Source of the DNA: Lysobacterales bacterium
Lineage (GTDB): Bacteria > Pseudomonadota > Gammaproteobacteria > Xanthomonadales > Xanthomonadaceae
DNA length: 64,000 nucleotides
Assembly (NCBI GenBank): GCA_038257155.1
Contig: JBBSJP010000015.1
Span: 31,542 to 95,541 of the forward strand
Direction of reading: 5' to 3'
Shown here: positions 55,905 to 64,000 of the stretch, one piece after another
How the letters are laid out: each line of letters starts with the position of its first letter
Position numbering within the stretch: the first letter of the stretch is position 1
The notes under the pieces: generated by a model
Databases searched by the model: none
What the model was told of the DNA's origin: nothing
What the model saw: only the letters and a program-made list of their open reading frames with translations
Position numbers and translations under genes: made by a program

Positions 55905-56768
55905 TCAAGGCGGGTCAGCCACCACAGTGTACGGCCGGTCGGGACTGGGCCAGTCTTCCTCACGGTAGCGCAGTGCTTCGAGCGCCTCATGCGCTGCGTT
56001 CAACTCGTTTTCCAACCCGCAGATACGCTCGACCGCGGCACTCACGGATGCGGCTGCTTCCAGCGCCTTGTCGAGAAGAATTTGCACGTCCGTTGATTGC
56101 ACGGCATCAACGCGAAATTCGGCATCGCCGTGGCGCAGGCCCGTCAGGCTCCGCACCAACATCGCGACGTCGCGTCCGCAGTTCCAGAAACCGCCGTCCA
56201 CGCGTCCGATCGTGTCGATATCCACCAGTGTGCCCGGCCAGTCCGGAATCAGGTGGGCCAGGAATTCGAGGCGGTGGACCAGAAACAGGGAGCGGACATC
56301 GCCCTCGCTCTTGAGCAGTGTTCTGGCGATTTCATCGAGGAGAGAGCGGATCGTCAAGGAAGCGAAGCTGACCTCGTTGGAAGCCAAGGCCAGCTTGATC
56401 AGCGCGTTGCGGGACGCCAACAGTCGCTCGATCTCCTGCCGCTGTTCCGACCATCGTTTGGCCGTCAGCGCGATGGCGGCGCGACCCGCCGCGTCTGGCT
56501 GACGCCACTTGGCCAAGCCTGACCCTTCCGGTTCGACAAGCGCCGCCATTCGCGCGTCGATTCGATCGCGACGGGACTCAAGCGCTTCCATCGCCTCTTC
56601 GTCGCCTTCTGCGGCTTGGCGAGCCTCCTTCTCCAGATGCATCAGGTGGTAGTGAACTTCATGAAGTCCGGCGTCCTGATCGCTGCCAGGTGAGCAGGCA
56701 AGCAAGGCGAGACACAGCAGGCAGGTCACGAGGCGACGGACGCCAGGCACTGACACTTCCAACTTCAT
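55905..56768 (-). CDS. Hypothetical lipoprotein (paralog A)
   Basis: Lipobox LLCLALLACS. Helical protein. Confidence 0.6.
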   Translation of the reverse strand: MKLEVSVPGVRRLVTCLLCLALLACSPGSDQDAGLHEVHYHLMHLEKEARQAAEGDEEAMEALESRRDRIDARMAALVEPEGSGLAKWRQPDAAGRAAIALTAKRWSEQRQEIERLLASRNALIKLALASNEVSFASLTIRSLLDEIARTLLKSEGDVRSLFLVHRLEFLAHLIPDWPGTLVDIDTIGRVDGGFWNCGRDVAMLVRSLTGLRHGDAEFRVDAVQSTDVQILLDKALEAAASVSAAVERICGLENELNAAHEALEALRYREEDWPSPDRPYTVVADPP

Positions 56769-57586
56769 GGCGTGGTGCTCCGTTCCGCATTCGAAGTTGA
56801 AGCAATGAGGCGCTCCACGCCAGCATCGACGGACTCGCGCGAGTCATGCATGGCGGGCATCCAGGGCGCCGAGTCCAGGATCGTGCCGATCAGGGGCACG
56901 ATCTGTCGGTGTTCGGCCAGCACCTCAGCCAGGGCGGCTCGCGACCTGGGTCCGCTGATCTGCCGCAGCCCGCGCTCTTCGTCGCCGCTTTCCAGTGCCG
57001 GCAGCAGCATGCCGAGGATGGTCCAGCTTCGCTCCAGTCCCCAGTGGTGGCCGTCGGTTCCACGGATCTCGCCGGTGCGAATGTCGACGAAGTAGGCGGT
57101 CAGCGACTTTGCCATTCTGGCGAGTTCCATGGCCGCGAAGATCTGCCGTGGTTCACCCTGCTCGTGCAGCAGTTGATTGACCAATTCATGCGACGAGTAT
57201 TCGAGCCGTTGCAGGGCTTTCGTCGCCGTATCGCAGGCAGCCGCGAGGGCGATCAGGTCGGACCTCCTGGCCAGCAGAGCGTCGACATGCAATCGAACAG
57301 CCTTCCATTGCAGCTCAAGGTCAGCAGGGCCCATGGCGGGGAATGACTTTGCCAACGCCCATTGCAGATCATCGGCATCGGGCGACCGCACCTGGCCAGC
57401 GAGCAACGACTCTATCCGCTCGCGCCGCAAGGGCAGCGCTCGCAGGGCTGCCTCATCGCCAAGGCTTGCGTCGTGCACTTCCTGCTTCAGACGCAACAAC
57501 TGGTAGCGCAGTTCGCCGATCTCGGGACTTCGGTCGGGGTGCGGTGCACAGCCTGTCAGCGACAAGCCAAGCAAAAACCAGAGCAT
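56765..57586 (-). CDS. Hypothetical lipoprotein (paralog B; start 57586 or 57670)
   Basis: Lipobox MLWFLLGLSLTGC. Shares architecture and motifs with the downstream paralog (LKQEVHDASLGDEAALRALPLRRERIESLLAGQV vs LEKEARQAAEGDEEAMEALESRRDRIDARMAALV). 4-nt overlap with it. Confidence 0.6.
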   Translation of the reverse strand: MLWFLLGLSLTGCAPHPDRSPEIGELRYQLLRLKQEVHDASLGDEAALRALPLRRERIESLLAGQVRSPDADDLQWALAKSFPAMGPADLELQWKAVRLHVDALLARRSDLIALAAACDTATKALQRLEYSSHELVNQLLHEQGEPRQIFAAMELARMAKSLTAYFVDIRTGEIRGTDGHHWGLERSWTILGMLLPALESGDEERGLRQISGPRSRAALAEVLAEHRQIVPLIGTILDSAPWMPAMHDSRESVDAGVERLIASTSNAERSTTP

Positions 57587-57810
57587 GTTGGCCAGATTGG
57601 CGCGCGCGAGCGTGTACAGGGGCGGCAGTTCGACGACTGGCGTACGCGAAAGTCCGTTCCTGTCAGTCATGCAATTCGTGCCTCCAATATCGCTTGGGCG
57701 GACCAGGGCGCTGGGCGCGCTACCGCACAGATGCGGCCCGCATGTCAGTCCATGATTTGTCGACGATGCCGCTGGTGGGTGCAGTGTCGCCGCCGTACCC
57801 GGAGACCGCA

Positions 57811-58116
57811 ATGCGCAAAGTTTTGCTCATTCCGCTGTTGATTCTCATCCCGCTTTCCGGAGTGCAGGCGCTGTCGAGCAGTGGCACCACGCCGGGCGCC
57901 AGCGTGCTGCATGGCGGGCTGGCTCGATGGAGCAGCGCTGAGGTGCAGGAGTGCGATATCCACGACCAGAACACCAATGCTGTCGCCATTCTCGGTGACC
58001 CAGCGCGACTTGCGAGCATCGGTGAGACAGCACCGCAACGGCCGTCTGCGGAAGTCGGTGTGCTCAAGTCCGAAGCCGAGCGCGTCGCAGCCCAGGACGT
58101 TTGCGACAACGAGTGA
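57811..58116 (+). CDS. Small secreted hypothetical protein
   Basis: ATG 57811. Signal peptide MRKVLLIPLLILIPLSGVQA. 101 aa. Confidence 0.5.
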   Translation: MRKVLLIPLLILIPLSGVQALSSSGTTPGASVLHGGLARWSSAEVQECDIHDQNTNAVAILGDPARLASIGETAPQRPSAEVGVLKSEAERVAAQDVCDNE

Positions 58117-58195
58117 GAGCACGGGGAGACATCCTCGAATCGGCTCACGACACCTTTTGCAGAACGCAATCAATTGAGTTTCCGGGAGACACACA

Positions 58196-58522
58196 GTGAA
58201 CAAACCACCCAAGAAGCGCGCCGACTTCAGTCGCGTAAGCTCAACCGTCAGCAGCACTGAGAAGACCAAGGCGGATTTTGGCAATGTCCGCGCCAGCGTG
58301 AACTCCACTGAGTTCACGACGGACCGCATAGAGACGCCCCATCGGACCTACACGGTTGTCAGCGGCGACTCGCTGTCACGCATCGCCTTGCAGGTGTACG
58401 GCAAGGCGAGCCGCTGGCCGGCGATTTTCGAGGCCAACCGCGATCAGCTAAGCGACCCTGACCGGATCCAGCCCGGACAGGTGCTGAAACTGCCTGACAT
58501 CGACGACCAGTCCGACGTCTGA
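58196..58522 (+). CDS. LysM peptidoglycan-binding domain protein
   Basis: C-terminal LysM (YTVVSGDSLSRIALQVYGKASRWPAIFEANRDQLSDPDRIQPGQVLKLP). GTG start. Confidence 0.7.
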   Translation: MNKPPKKRADFSRVSSTVSSTEKTKADFGNVRASVNSTEFTTDRIETPHRTYTVVSGDSLSRIALQVYGKASRWPAIFEANRDQLSDPDRIQPGQVLKLPDIDDQSDV

Positions 58523-58548
58523 TCACCCCACCTGCCGGAGATGCATCC

Positions 58549-59043
58549 ATGAATCGCACTGCCCTGTATCACGCAAGCGCCATCGCCCTGACCGCCACCC
58601 TCGCCTTGGCCGGTTGCGGCAAGAAGGACGCGGAGCCGTTGCCGACGCCGACCACCACTCGGCCTGCGACCACGCCTGCGCCGGCTCCTCCCGCTTTAGC
58701 GGCCACCGCAACTGTCACTGCGGTGAGCGTCGGCAACAGCGTGGGTCCAGATGGCTCGGTCTCGGCCGTCGGCACCACGTTCGCCACCACGGACACCATC
58801 ACGGCCTCGGTCAAGACGGAGACCTCAAATCCGAGTGCGAACGTGTCCGGATCACTGGGCGCGCGCTGGCTGTTCGAGGACGGCCAGGTCGTGAATCTCG
58901 AATCGAAGTCCTTCACCTTCACCGGCCCGGGCACGACGAACTTCCAGATCAGCAAGCCCGACGGCTGGCCGGTTGGGCGCTATTCGCTGGAAGTGTCCTT
59001 GAACGGCGCTGTCGTGAAGACCACCCAGTTCGATATCCGGTAA
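58549..59043 (+). CDS. Hypothetical lipoprotein with Thr/Pro/Ala-rich linker
   Basis: Lipobox LALAGCGKK. TPTTTRPATTPAPAPP linker. Beta-rich C-terminal domain. Confidence 0.65.
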   Translation: MNRTALYHASAIALTATLALAGCGKKDAEPLPTPTTTRPATTPAPAPPALAATATVTAVSVGNSVGPDGSVSAVGTTFATTDTITASVKTETSNPSANVSGSLGARWLFEDGQVVNLESKSFTFTGPGTTNFQISKPDGWPVGRYSLEVSLNGAVVKTTQFDIR

Positions 59044-59499
59044 GCCCGCACGAAACCCGGGGATGCGGCTGCCGTATGAACGGCTTGCGCCGGGGCGGTT
59101 GATCGCGCGTGCGAGCCACTGGCTCGCATAGCGCGAGGGGCCGTCGCGTGTTCATTGGCCGGCTGTCGTTGACGTCTGAATTCGGCGACATCCGCCGGAC
59201 GTCTGACGACGTGAACACTCTCAGCCTTTCAATCCAGCGCTCGGTTTGCCCCTTGCGACTCCACCGACGGAAAAAGGGGCTTCGAGCAGCAAGGCGGTTT
59301 CGTCGACCTGCAGCCGCTGTGGATTGCGGAAACTGGTTCGGGTGACTGCCTCAAACGGCAAGGGTTGATGCTTCTTCAAGCCGCCCTGAACACCAGGCGC
59401 CGCCTTGCAATTTCCTAACACTTTGAACACCAGGTCGCCCGTATCCTGCGGCGCCGGTGAGTCGTGTCCGCGACTTGCCACCAAGCACGATGACCCGGA

Positions 59500-60543
59500 A
59501 TGCCCAGAAAGCTGACGACCACCATGCGCCCGATGGCTCTTGTCCTGCTGTTGTCCTGTCTGCTGCCCGGGATCTTGGCCGCGGATACGCCGGGGCAATC
59601 ACTGCCCAGCGAACGCGAACCCTTGCAGACGACCGTACTGGATGAGGTGCTGGTCACCGGCGATCAGCCCGGGCCGGGGCTGTGGCGGATCAGCCGTGGC
59701 GAAAATACGATGTGGCTGTTGGGCAACCAGTCACCTCTGCCGCGCCGGATGCGCTGGCGCTCGGATGAGGTGCTGGCCTTGGTTGCTTCGTCGCAGCTCG
59801 TGTTGGCATCCCCCACGCTGACCTTCGGTAGCGACATCGGACGCATCCGGGGTCTGCTGCTGGTGCCGGCCTTGCTCGGCGCGCGCCGTAACCCGGACCA
59901 GGCCAGCCTCGCCGAGGTGCTGCCGGAGGAAACCTATCAACGCTGGAGCGCTCTCAAGCGGCGCTATCTGCCGCGCAATCGCGGCGTAGAGAAGTGGCGG
60001 CCGCTGTTCGCTGCGCAAAAACTGTACGAAGCCGCGGTGGAGGATTCCGGTCTGCGCTTTGACAATATCGTCTGGCCGCTGGTGGAGAAGGCCGCCAAGC
60101 GCGCGCGGGTCGAAGTCATCGTGCCCGCGGTGAGCGTGCGCATCGAAGCGCCACGCGCTGCGATCAAGGATTTCGCAAAGACCTCGCTGGATGACCTTGC
60201 CTGCCTGGAGCTGACCCTGGAGCGCCTCGAAACCGACCTCGAATCAATGCGCGATCGCGCCAATGCCTGGGCCGTTGGCGATGTGGCTTTGCTGCGCGAT
60301 CTGCCGTTCATCGACCAGGGGCCGGCCTGCATCGATGCGGTGCTGCAATCCAGTGTGCTGAGCGAGCGCGGTTTTGCCGATCTGCCGCAGCAGGCAAAGA
60401 CCGTCTGGCTGGAAGCCGCCGAGAAAGCTCTGGAGGAGAACTCGCAGACGTTTGCCGTGCTGCCGATGCGCCTGGTGCTGGGCGATGATGGATTTGTCGC
60501 TGCCTTGCGCGAGCGCGGGTACCACGTTGAAGCGCCGCTCTGA
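59500..60543 (+). CDS. gumN: TraB/GumN-family protein
   Basis: Signal peptide. ~347 aa with GumN-like layout (LWRISRGENTMWLLG..., conserved mid-region PLVEKAAKRARVEVIVPAVSVRIE). Confidence 0.65.
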   Translation: MPRKLTTTMRPMALVLLLSCLLPGILAADTPGQSLPSEREPLQTTVLDEVLVTGDQPGPGLWRISRGENTMWLLGNQSPLPRRMRWRSDEVLALVASSQLVLASPTLTFGSDIGRIRGLLLVPALLGARRNPDQASLAEVLPEETYQRWSALKRRYLPRNRGVEKWRPLFAAQKLYEAAVEDSGLRFDNIVWPLVEKAAKRARVEVIVPAVSVRIEAPRAAIKDFAKTSLDDLACLELTLERLETDLESMRDRANAWAVGDVALLRDLPFIDQGPACIDAVLQSSVLSERGFADLPQQAKTVWLEAAEKALEENSQTFAVLPMRLVLGDDGFVAALRERGYHVEAPL

Positions 60544-60567
60544 TCGCGGCAGGCCATTGGGTGCCGA

Positions 60568-60933
60568 TCAGCGCTTCAGCATGTCTCTCAGGCTTGCAAA
60601 CGGGTTGGATGTGGCAGGTGCGTCTTTCGCCGCCGAGCCCAGGCCACCCACTTCGATCTGACGCTGGTGCTCGTTGTCGTGGCAGTACACGCACAGCAGT
60701 TCCCAGTTGCTGCCGTCGCTTGGGTTGTCATCGTGGTTGTGATTGCGATGGTGCACGGTGAGTTCGCGCAGGTTGACGCGGGTGAATTCGCGCGCGCAGC
60801 GCCCGCAGATCCACGGGTAAAGCTTCAGGGCCTGCTCACGGTAGCCCTTGTCGCGCTCCGCCGCGGCGCGATGCGCTTTGGCCACGATCTGGTCGAGTTT
60901 GGCGGAATCCGGAGTCTTGGGTCGGCCGGTCAT
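60568..60933 (-). CDS. yajD: YajD-family HNH nuclease
   Basis: ALKLYPWICGRCAREFTRVNLRELTVHHRNHNHDDNPSDGSNWELLCVYCHDNEH closely parallels E. coli YajD. Confidence 0.85.
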   Translation of the reverse strand: MTGRPKTPDSAKLDQIVAKAHRAAAERDKGYREQALKLYPWICGRCAREFTRVNLRELTVHHRNHNHDDNPSDGSNWELLCVYCHDNEHQRQIEVGGLGSAAKDAPATSNPFASLRDMLKR

Positions 60934-61062
60934 GGGGTGTCCTGGATGTGTCAAATGGATGGCAACCGTCGTCGCGCCCGCAGGTGACAGCGTTCAGGTC
61001 GCCCGGGCAGGCGCCTGACGGGTAGTATTCGCGGCCACGCCCACTTCCGCAACGCGTAGCGC

Positions 61063-62106
61063 ATGTCCGTGCCTGTCGATACCGATACCGCCGGTTCAAC
61101 GGCTTTCCCCAGCGTGGAGACATCTGCCTGGCAGCTTTCGGTTGCGCCAATGATGGATTGGACCGACCGCCATTGCCGCATGTTTCATCGCGCACTGGCG
61201 CCGCGGGCGCGGCTTTACACCGAGATGGTGCATGCGCAGGCCGTGCTGCACGGCGATCGCGAGCGCCTGCTTGGCTTTGATCCGGTCGAACATCCGCTGG
61301 CGCTGCAGCTGGGTGGCAGCGAGCCGGTCGAACTGGCGCAGGCCGCGCGCATCGGTGCCGACTGGGGCTATGGCGAGATCAATCTCAATGTCGGCTGTCC
61401 CTCCGACCGGGTGCAGGCCGGGCGCTTCGGCGCCTGCCTGATGCGGGAATCGGGCCTGGTTGCCGATTGTGTGGCCGCGATGTGCGCCGCGGTGAGCATT
61501 CCGGTAACCGTGAAGTGTCGCCTGGGCGTGGATGAAGATGCCGACTACGACGTGCTGCGCGCGTTTGTCGATCCCGTGGCCGCCGCAGGCTGCGGCATCT
61601 TCGTGGTGCATGCGCGCAAGGCCTGGCTGCAGGGCCTGTCGCCTAAGGAAAACCGCGAGGTGCCGCCGCTTCGCTATGAGTGGGTGCATAGACTGAAGGC
61701 AGAGCGACCTGATCTGGTGGTGGTGATCAACGGAGGTCTGCTCAGCCTGGCGCAGGTGCAGGCGCAACTGGCGCATGTTGATGGCGTGATGCTGGGACGG
61801 CTGGCCTACCACGAGCCCTATGCGCTGCACTGCATCGCACACGCGCTTTACTCGTCAGGCGCTGAACCGCAGCCGCGCGCCGAGCTATTGCGATCGCTTG
61901 AACCCTATGTGCAGGCCATGCTGTCGCGCGGCGACGCGTTGAAACATTTCAGTCGCCATATCCTGGGCCTGTTTCATGGCGAGCCAGGCGGGCGGCGTTA
62001 TCGCCAGATCCTCAGCGAAGGCGCACATCGCGCCGGCGCAGGTTGGGAACTGATCGAACGCGCGCTGGCTGCGGTGGAGTCGGTCGCAGGGGAGCGCGCC
62101 GCATGA
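61063..62106 (+). CDS. dusA: tRNA-dihydrouridine(20/20a) synthase
   Basis: SVAPMMDWTDRHCRMFHRALAPRARLYTEMV, GYGEINLNVGCPSDRVQAGRFGACLM, and VTVKCRLGVD motifs of DusA. Confidence 0.9.
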   Translation: MSVPVDTDTAGSTAFPSVETSAWQLSVAPMMDWTDRHCRMFHRALAPRARLYTEMVHAQAVLHGDRERLLGFDPVEHPLALQLGGSEPVELAQAARIGADWGYGEINLNVGCPSDRVQAGRFGACLMRESGLVADCVAAMCAAVSIPVTVKCRLGVDEDADYDVLRAFVDPVAAAGCGIFVVHARKAWLQGLSPKENREVPPLRYEWVHRLKAERPDLVVVINGGLLSLAQVQAQLAHVDGVMLGRLAYHEPYALHCIAHALYSSGAEPQPRAELLRSLEPYVQAMLSRGDALKHFSRHILGLFHGEPGGRRYRQILSEGAHRAGAGWELIERALAAVESVAGERAA

Positions 62107-63017
62107 TCATCGACAGTGCGAGTGGCTGGCGCAGTTGTGCGCTGGCGAACAGCCTGCCTGGTGGTCGCGCCAGTACGCCCAAAGCGGTGTTCCTGGTGAC
62201 ACCCGAAGGCTTTTCCCTGGCTGAGCAATCGGCGCAGGACAACCGTTACATGGCGATGCAGCAGGGCGTTTCGAGCGAACGTGCGCTGGCCCAGCACCGC
62301 GCCCTGCAGCGCGCGTTGGCGTCTGAACGCCCTGCGCTGACTTTCCCCGGCGATCCTCAGACCCCCGATGCGGTGTTCCCCAACAACGCGTTCGCCACCG
62401 CGCCCGGACGCCTGGTGCTGGGGCACATGCGGCATCCGGTTCGTCAGCGCGAATCCGAGCGCCGCGACGTGCGCGACTTCTTCAGCGACGTGCTGGACTA
62501 CGTCACGCACGACCTGCGCGAGCAGCCAGGCATCTGCGAACTGACCGGCTCGCTGGTCATCGAGCGCGGTCGCGGTATTGGTTACTGCGGACTGTCCGAA
62601 CGTTGCGATGCGCTGGGTGCCGCCGCCATGTACGACGCCTTCGACCTGCGCGCCAGTTTCGTGTTCGAACTGGCCAAGGGCGAGTACCACACCAATGTTG
62701 TCATGAGCGTGCTGGCTGGGCGGGCCGTGGTGTTGTGTCCGGATGGATTCGCCGATGCGGCAGTGGTTGACGCCATCGCGGCCGATTTCGCGCCGCATGT
62801 GGTGATGCTGTCGGCCGCCGAGAAGCATGCCTTTGCCGGCAACTGCATTGCGATATCCGATTCGTCGGTCTGGATGAGCGAGGCGGCTGCTGATGGTCTG
62901 GAGCCTTCGAGTCGAGTTGCGTTCGAGCGCGCCGGATTCCAGATCCGCAGCGTGGCGCTGGATGAGATCGAGAAGGCCGGTGGTTCGCTCAGGTGTTGTG
63001 TGGGGGAGATCTACTGA
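62103..63017 (+). CDS. Amidinotransferase-superfamily protein (arginine deiminase/DDAH-related)
   Basis: ATG 62103 overlaps the dusA stop (ATGA). C-terminal catalytic Cys motif GGSLRCCVGEI. ~304 aa. Confidence 0.7.
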   Translation: MIIDSASGWRSCALANSLPGGRASTPKAVFLVTPEGFSLAEQSAQDNRYMAMQQGVSSERALAQHRALQRALASERPALTFPGDPQTPDAVFPNNAFATAPGRLVLGHMRHPVRQRESERRDVRDFFSDVLDYVTHDLREQPGICELTGSLVIERGRGIGYCGLSERCDALGAAAMYDAFDLRASFVFELAKGEYHTNVVMSVLAGRAVVLCPDGFADAAVVDAIAADFAPHVVMLSAAEKHAFAGNCIAISDSSVWMSEAAADGLEPSSRVAFERAGFQIRSVALDEIEKAGGSLRCCVGEIY

Positions 63018-63180
63018 TTCCGGGCACTGTGCCGATCTTTCGGCACTGCTGACTCGCCCAGAAGGGACAAAGCTCCTGCGGCGCTGCTGTTCTCCGCTGT
63101 CGGAGGGGCAGCCTGGGTTTGAAGTTGGAGGGCGGATCTTGATCCGCCAGTGCGGGGTGGTCGGTTTGCTGTTCCGACAT

Positions 63181-63790
63181 CAACCGCAACTGCAACTACA
63201 GCCGCAACTGCAACTGCAACCTCAGCATCAAGATCAAGATCAAGATCAAACGCTTTCGCGCCCCTACGGGGCCACGAGTCACTTTCTCTTGCTTGTCCAA
63301 GAGAAAGTAACCAAAGAGAAGGACACCCCAGTCTCGCGCCGCGCGGGTGAAGCTCGCGCGGTCCCCTGCGCTGCTCGCCATGACCGGGCCGGCGCGAACT
63401 CGGCCATCCATGGCCTCGGACATGCGCGCCTTTCCCCCGGCCCTGGCTCCGCTGCTCGGCACGAGCCGATGGGGACCCAAGAGCCAACAGCAGCAGCCAA
63501 AGCAACAGCCAAAGCAACAGCCAAAGCCAAAGCCACAGCCAAAGCCACAGCACAGCCACAGCGGGCTTTGTCCCGGATCCAACTGCGACGTGGCGAGCGC
63601 AGCGATGCCACGCACTTCAACAAAGCGAGTGAAGCCGCGGCATTGATCGAAGCATGCAATTGCTCTTTGCTCTTTGCTCTTTGCCGTTGGCTCTGAATCC
63701 CCGTTCATTTTCCGCCGAGTAGCGGAAGAATCTGGCGGGGAAAGGCGCGCATGTCCGAGGCCATGGATGGCCGAGTTCGCGCCGGCCGGC
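63181..63790. repeat. Cluster of microsatellites (hexamer, hexamer, nonamer, heptamer) partly enclosed by a 49-bp inverted repeat
   Basis: (CAACTG/CAGCCG)x7 at 63181-63222, (CAAGAT)x3.5 at 63226-63249, (CAGCCAAAG)-type units at 63486-63560, (CTCTTTG)x3 at 63663-63686. IR GGCCGGCGCGAACTCGGCCATCCATGGCCTCGGACATGCGCGCCTTTCC at ~63385-63433, with its complement at ~63739-63787. Confidence 0.8.
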
Positions 63791-64000
63791 GGATTCTGAG
63801 CAACGCAGGGCACCCCGCGCGCTCTTTGCGCGGGGCGGGAAATCCGGGGTGCCCTTCTCTTTATCTCTTGCCAACCCGCTACGCTGCGGGTCGAGAGCGC
63901 CGGCGTGCGTGCCCGTTTCTCTTGTGGTCTTTCGACCGTTACCCAGCAAGGCGCCGCACGCCGGTTGCTCACGTCTTCGCCCGAACAGTTGCCCGACTAT

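Noticed and set aside
62893-63696. 267-aa ORF translating the microsatellite region (QLQLQP..., AKATAKAT...)
   Set aside because: The translation is just repeat read-through and overlaps the amidinotransferase 3' end. No start context or family resemblance; treated as non-coding repeat DNA, though a low-complexity protein cannot be fully excluded.
1-64000. tRNA, rRNA and CRISPR arrays
   Set aside because: No tRNA-like T-arm consensus (GGTTCGAATCC-type), no rRNA-like segments, and no regularly spaced identical short repeats with unique spacers. The tandem hairpin repeats at 45919-46169 are only two long units, not a CRISPR array.

Overview
High-GC gammaproteobacterial chromosome segment, Xanthomonadales-like (a GumN/TraB protein is present, and the housekeeping block reads aroQ-accB-accC ... 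prmA-zinc-ribbon-fis). The window is a core-gene backbone interleaved with several accessory insertions.

Core backbone, in window order:
- pepQ (partial), apbE, and a PilZ protein paired with a DUF1631-like protein.
- A cobalamin-riboswitch-controlled TonB receptor (btuB-like), ppa, fis and prmA.
- accBC-aroQ, csbD, and the cutA-dsbD-tlpA redox operon.
- mscS, a SCO copper chaperone, an Opp-like substrate-binding protein plus permease, gumN, yajD, dusA and an amidinotransferase.

Accessory content:
- An ~11.7 kb insertion between accC and prmA. It carries two secreted repeat proteins and a translationally coupled five-gene operon (secreted protein, FHA-GAF protein, Hanks Ser/Thr kinase-TPR, HisKA_3 histidine kinase, NarL-type response regulator), then an FG-GAP propeller protein.
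- A second Ser/Thr kinase-TPR paralog between cutA and mscS.
- A ~970-aa secreted beta-propeller protein with two CXXCH motifs.
- A minus-strand module of a YqiJ/NfeD-like membrane protein, a long flotillin (SPFH) protein, and a 1798-aa single-P-loop AAA+-like giant protein. The module is interspersed with GC-rich palindromic REP/MITE-like elements. I consider this the best candidate for an undescribed system.
- An SGNH hydrolase, a signal-peptide-less S8 subtilase with a Lys/Ala/Pro-rich tail, and a standalone propeptide(I9)-like small protein.
- Tandem paralogous lipoproteins and a LysM cluster.
- A microsatellite-rich segment bounded by a 49-bp inverted repeat at the window end.

No rRNA, tRNA or CRISPR arrays were seen. 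All calls are from reading the sequence and ORF translations; no database search was possible.
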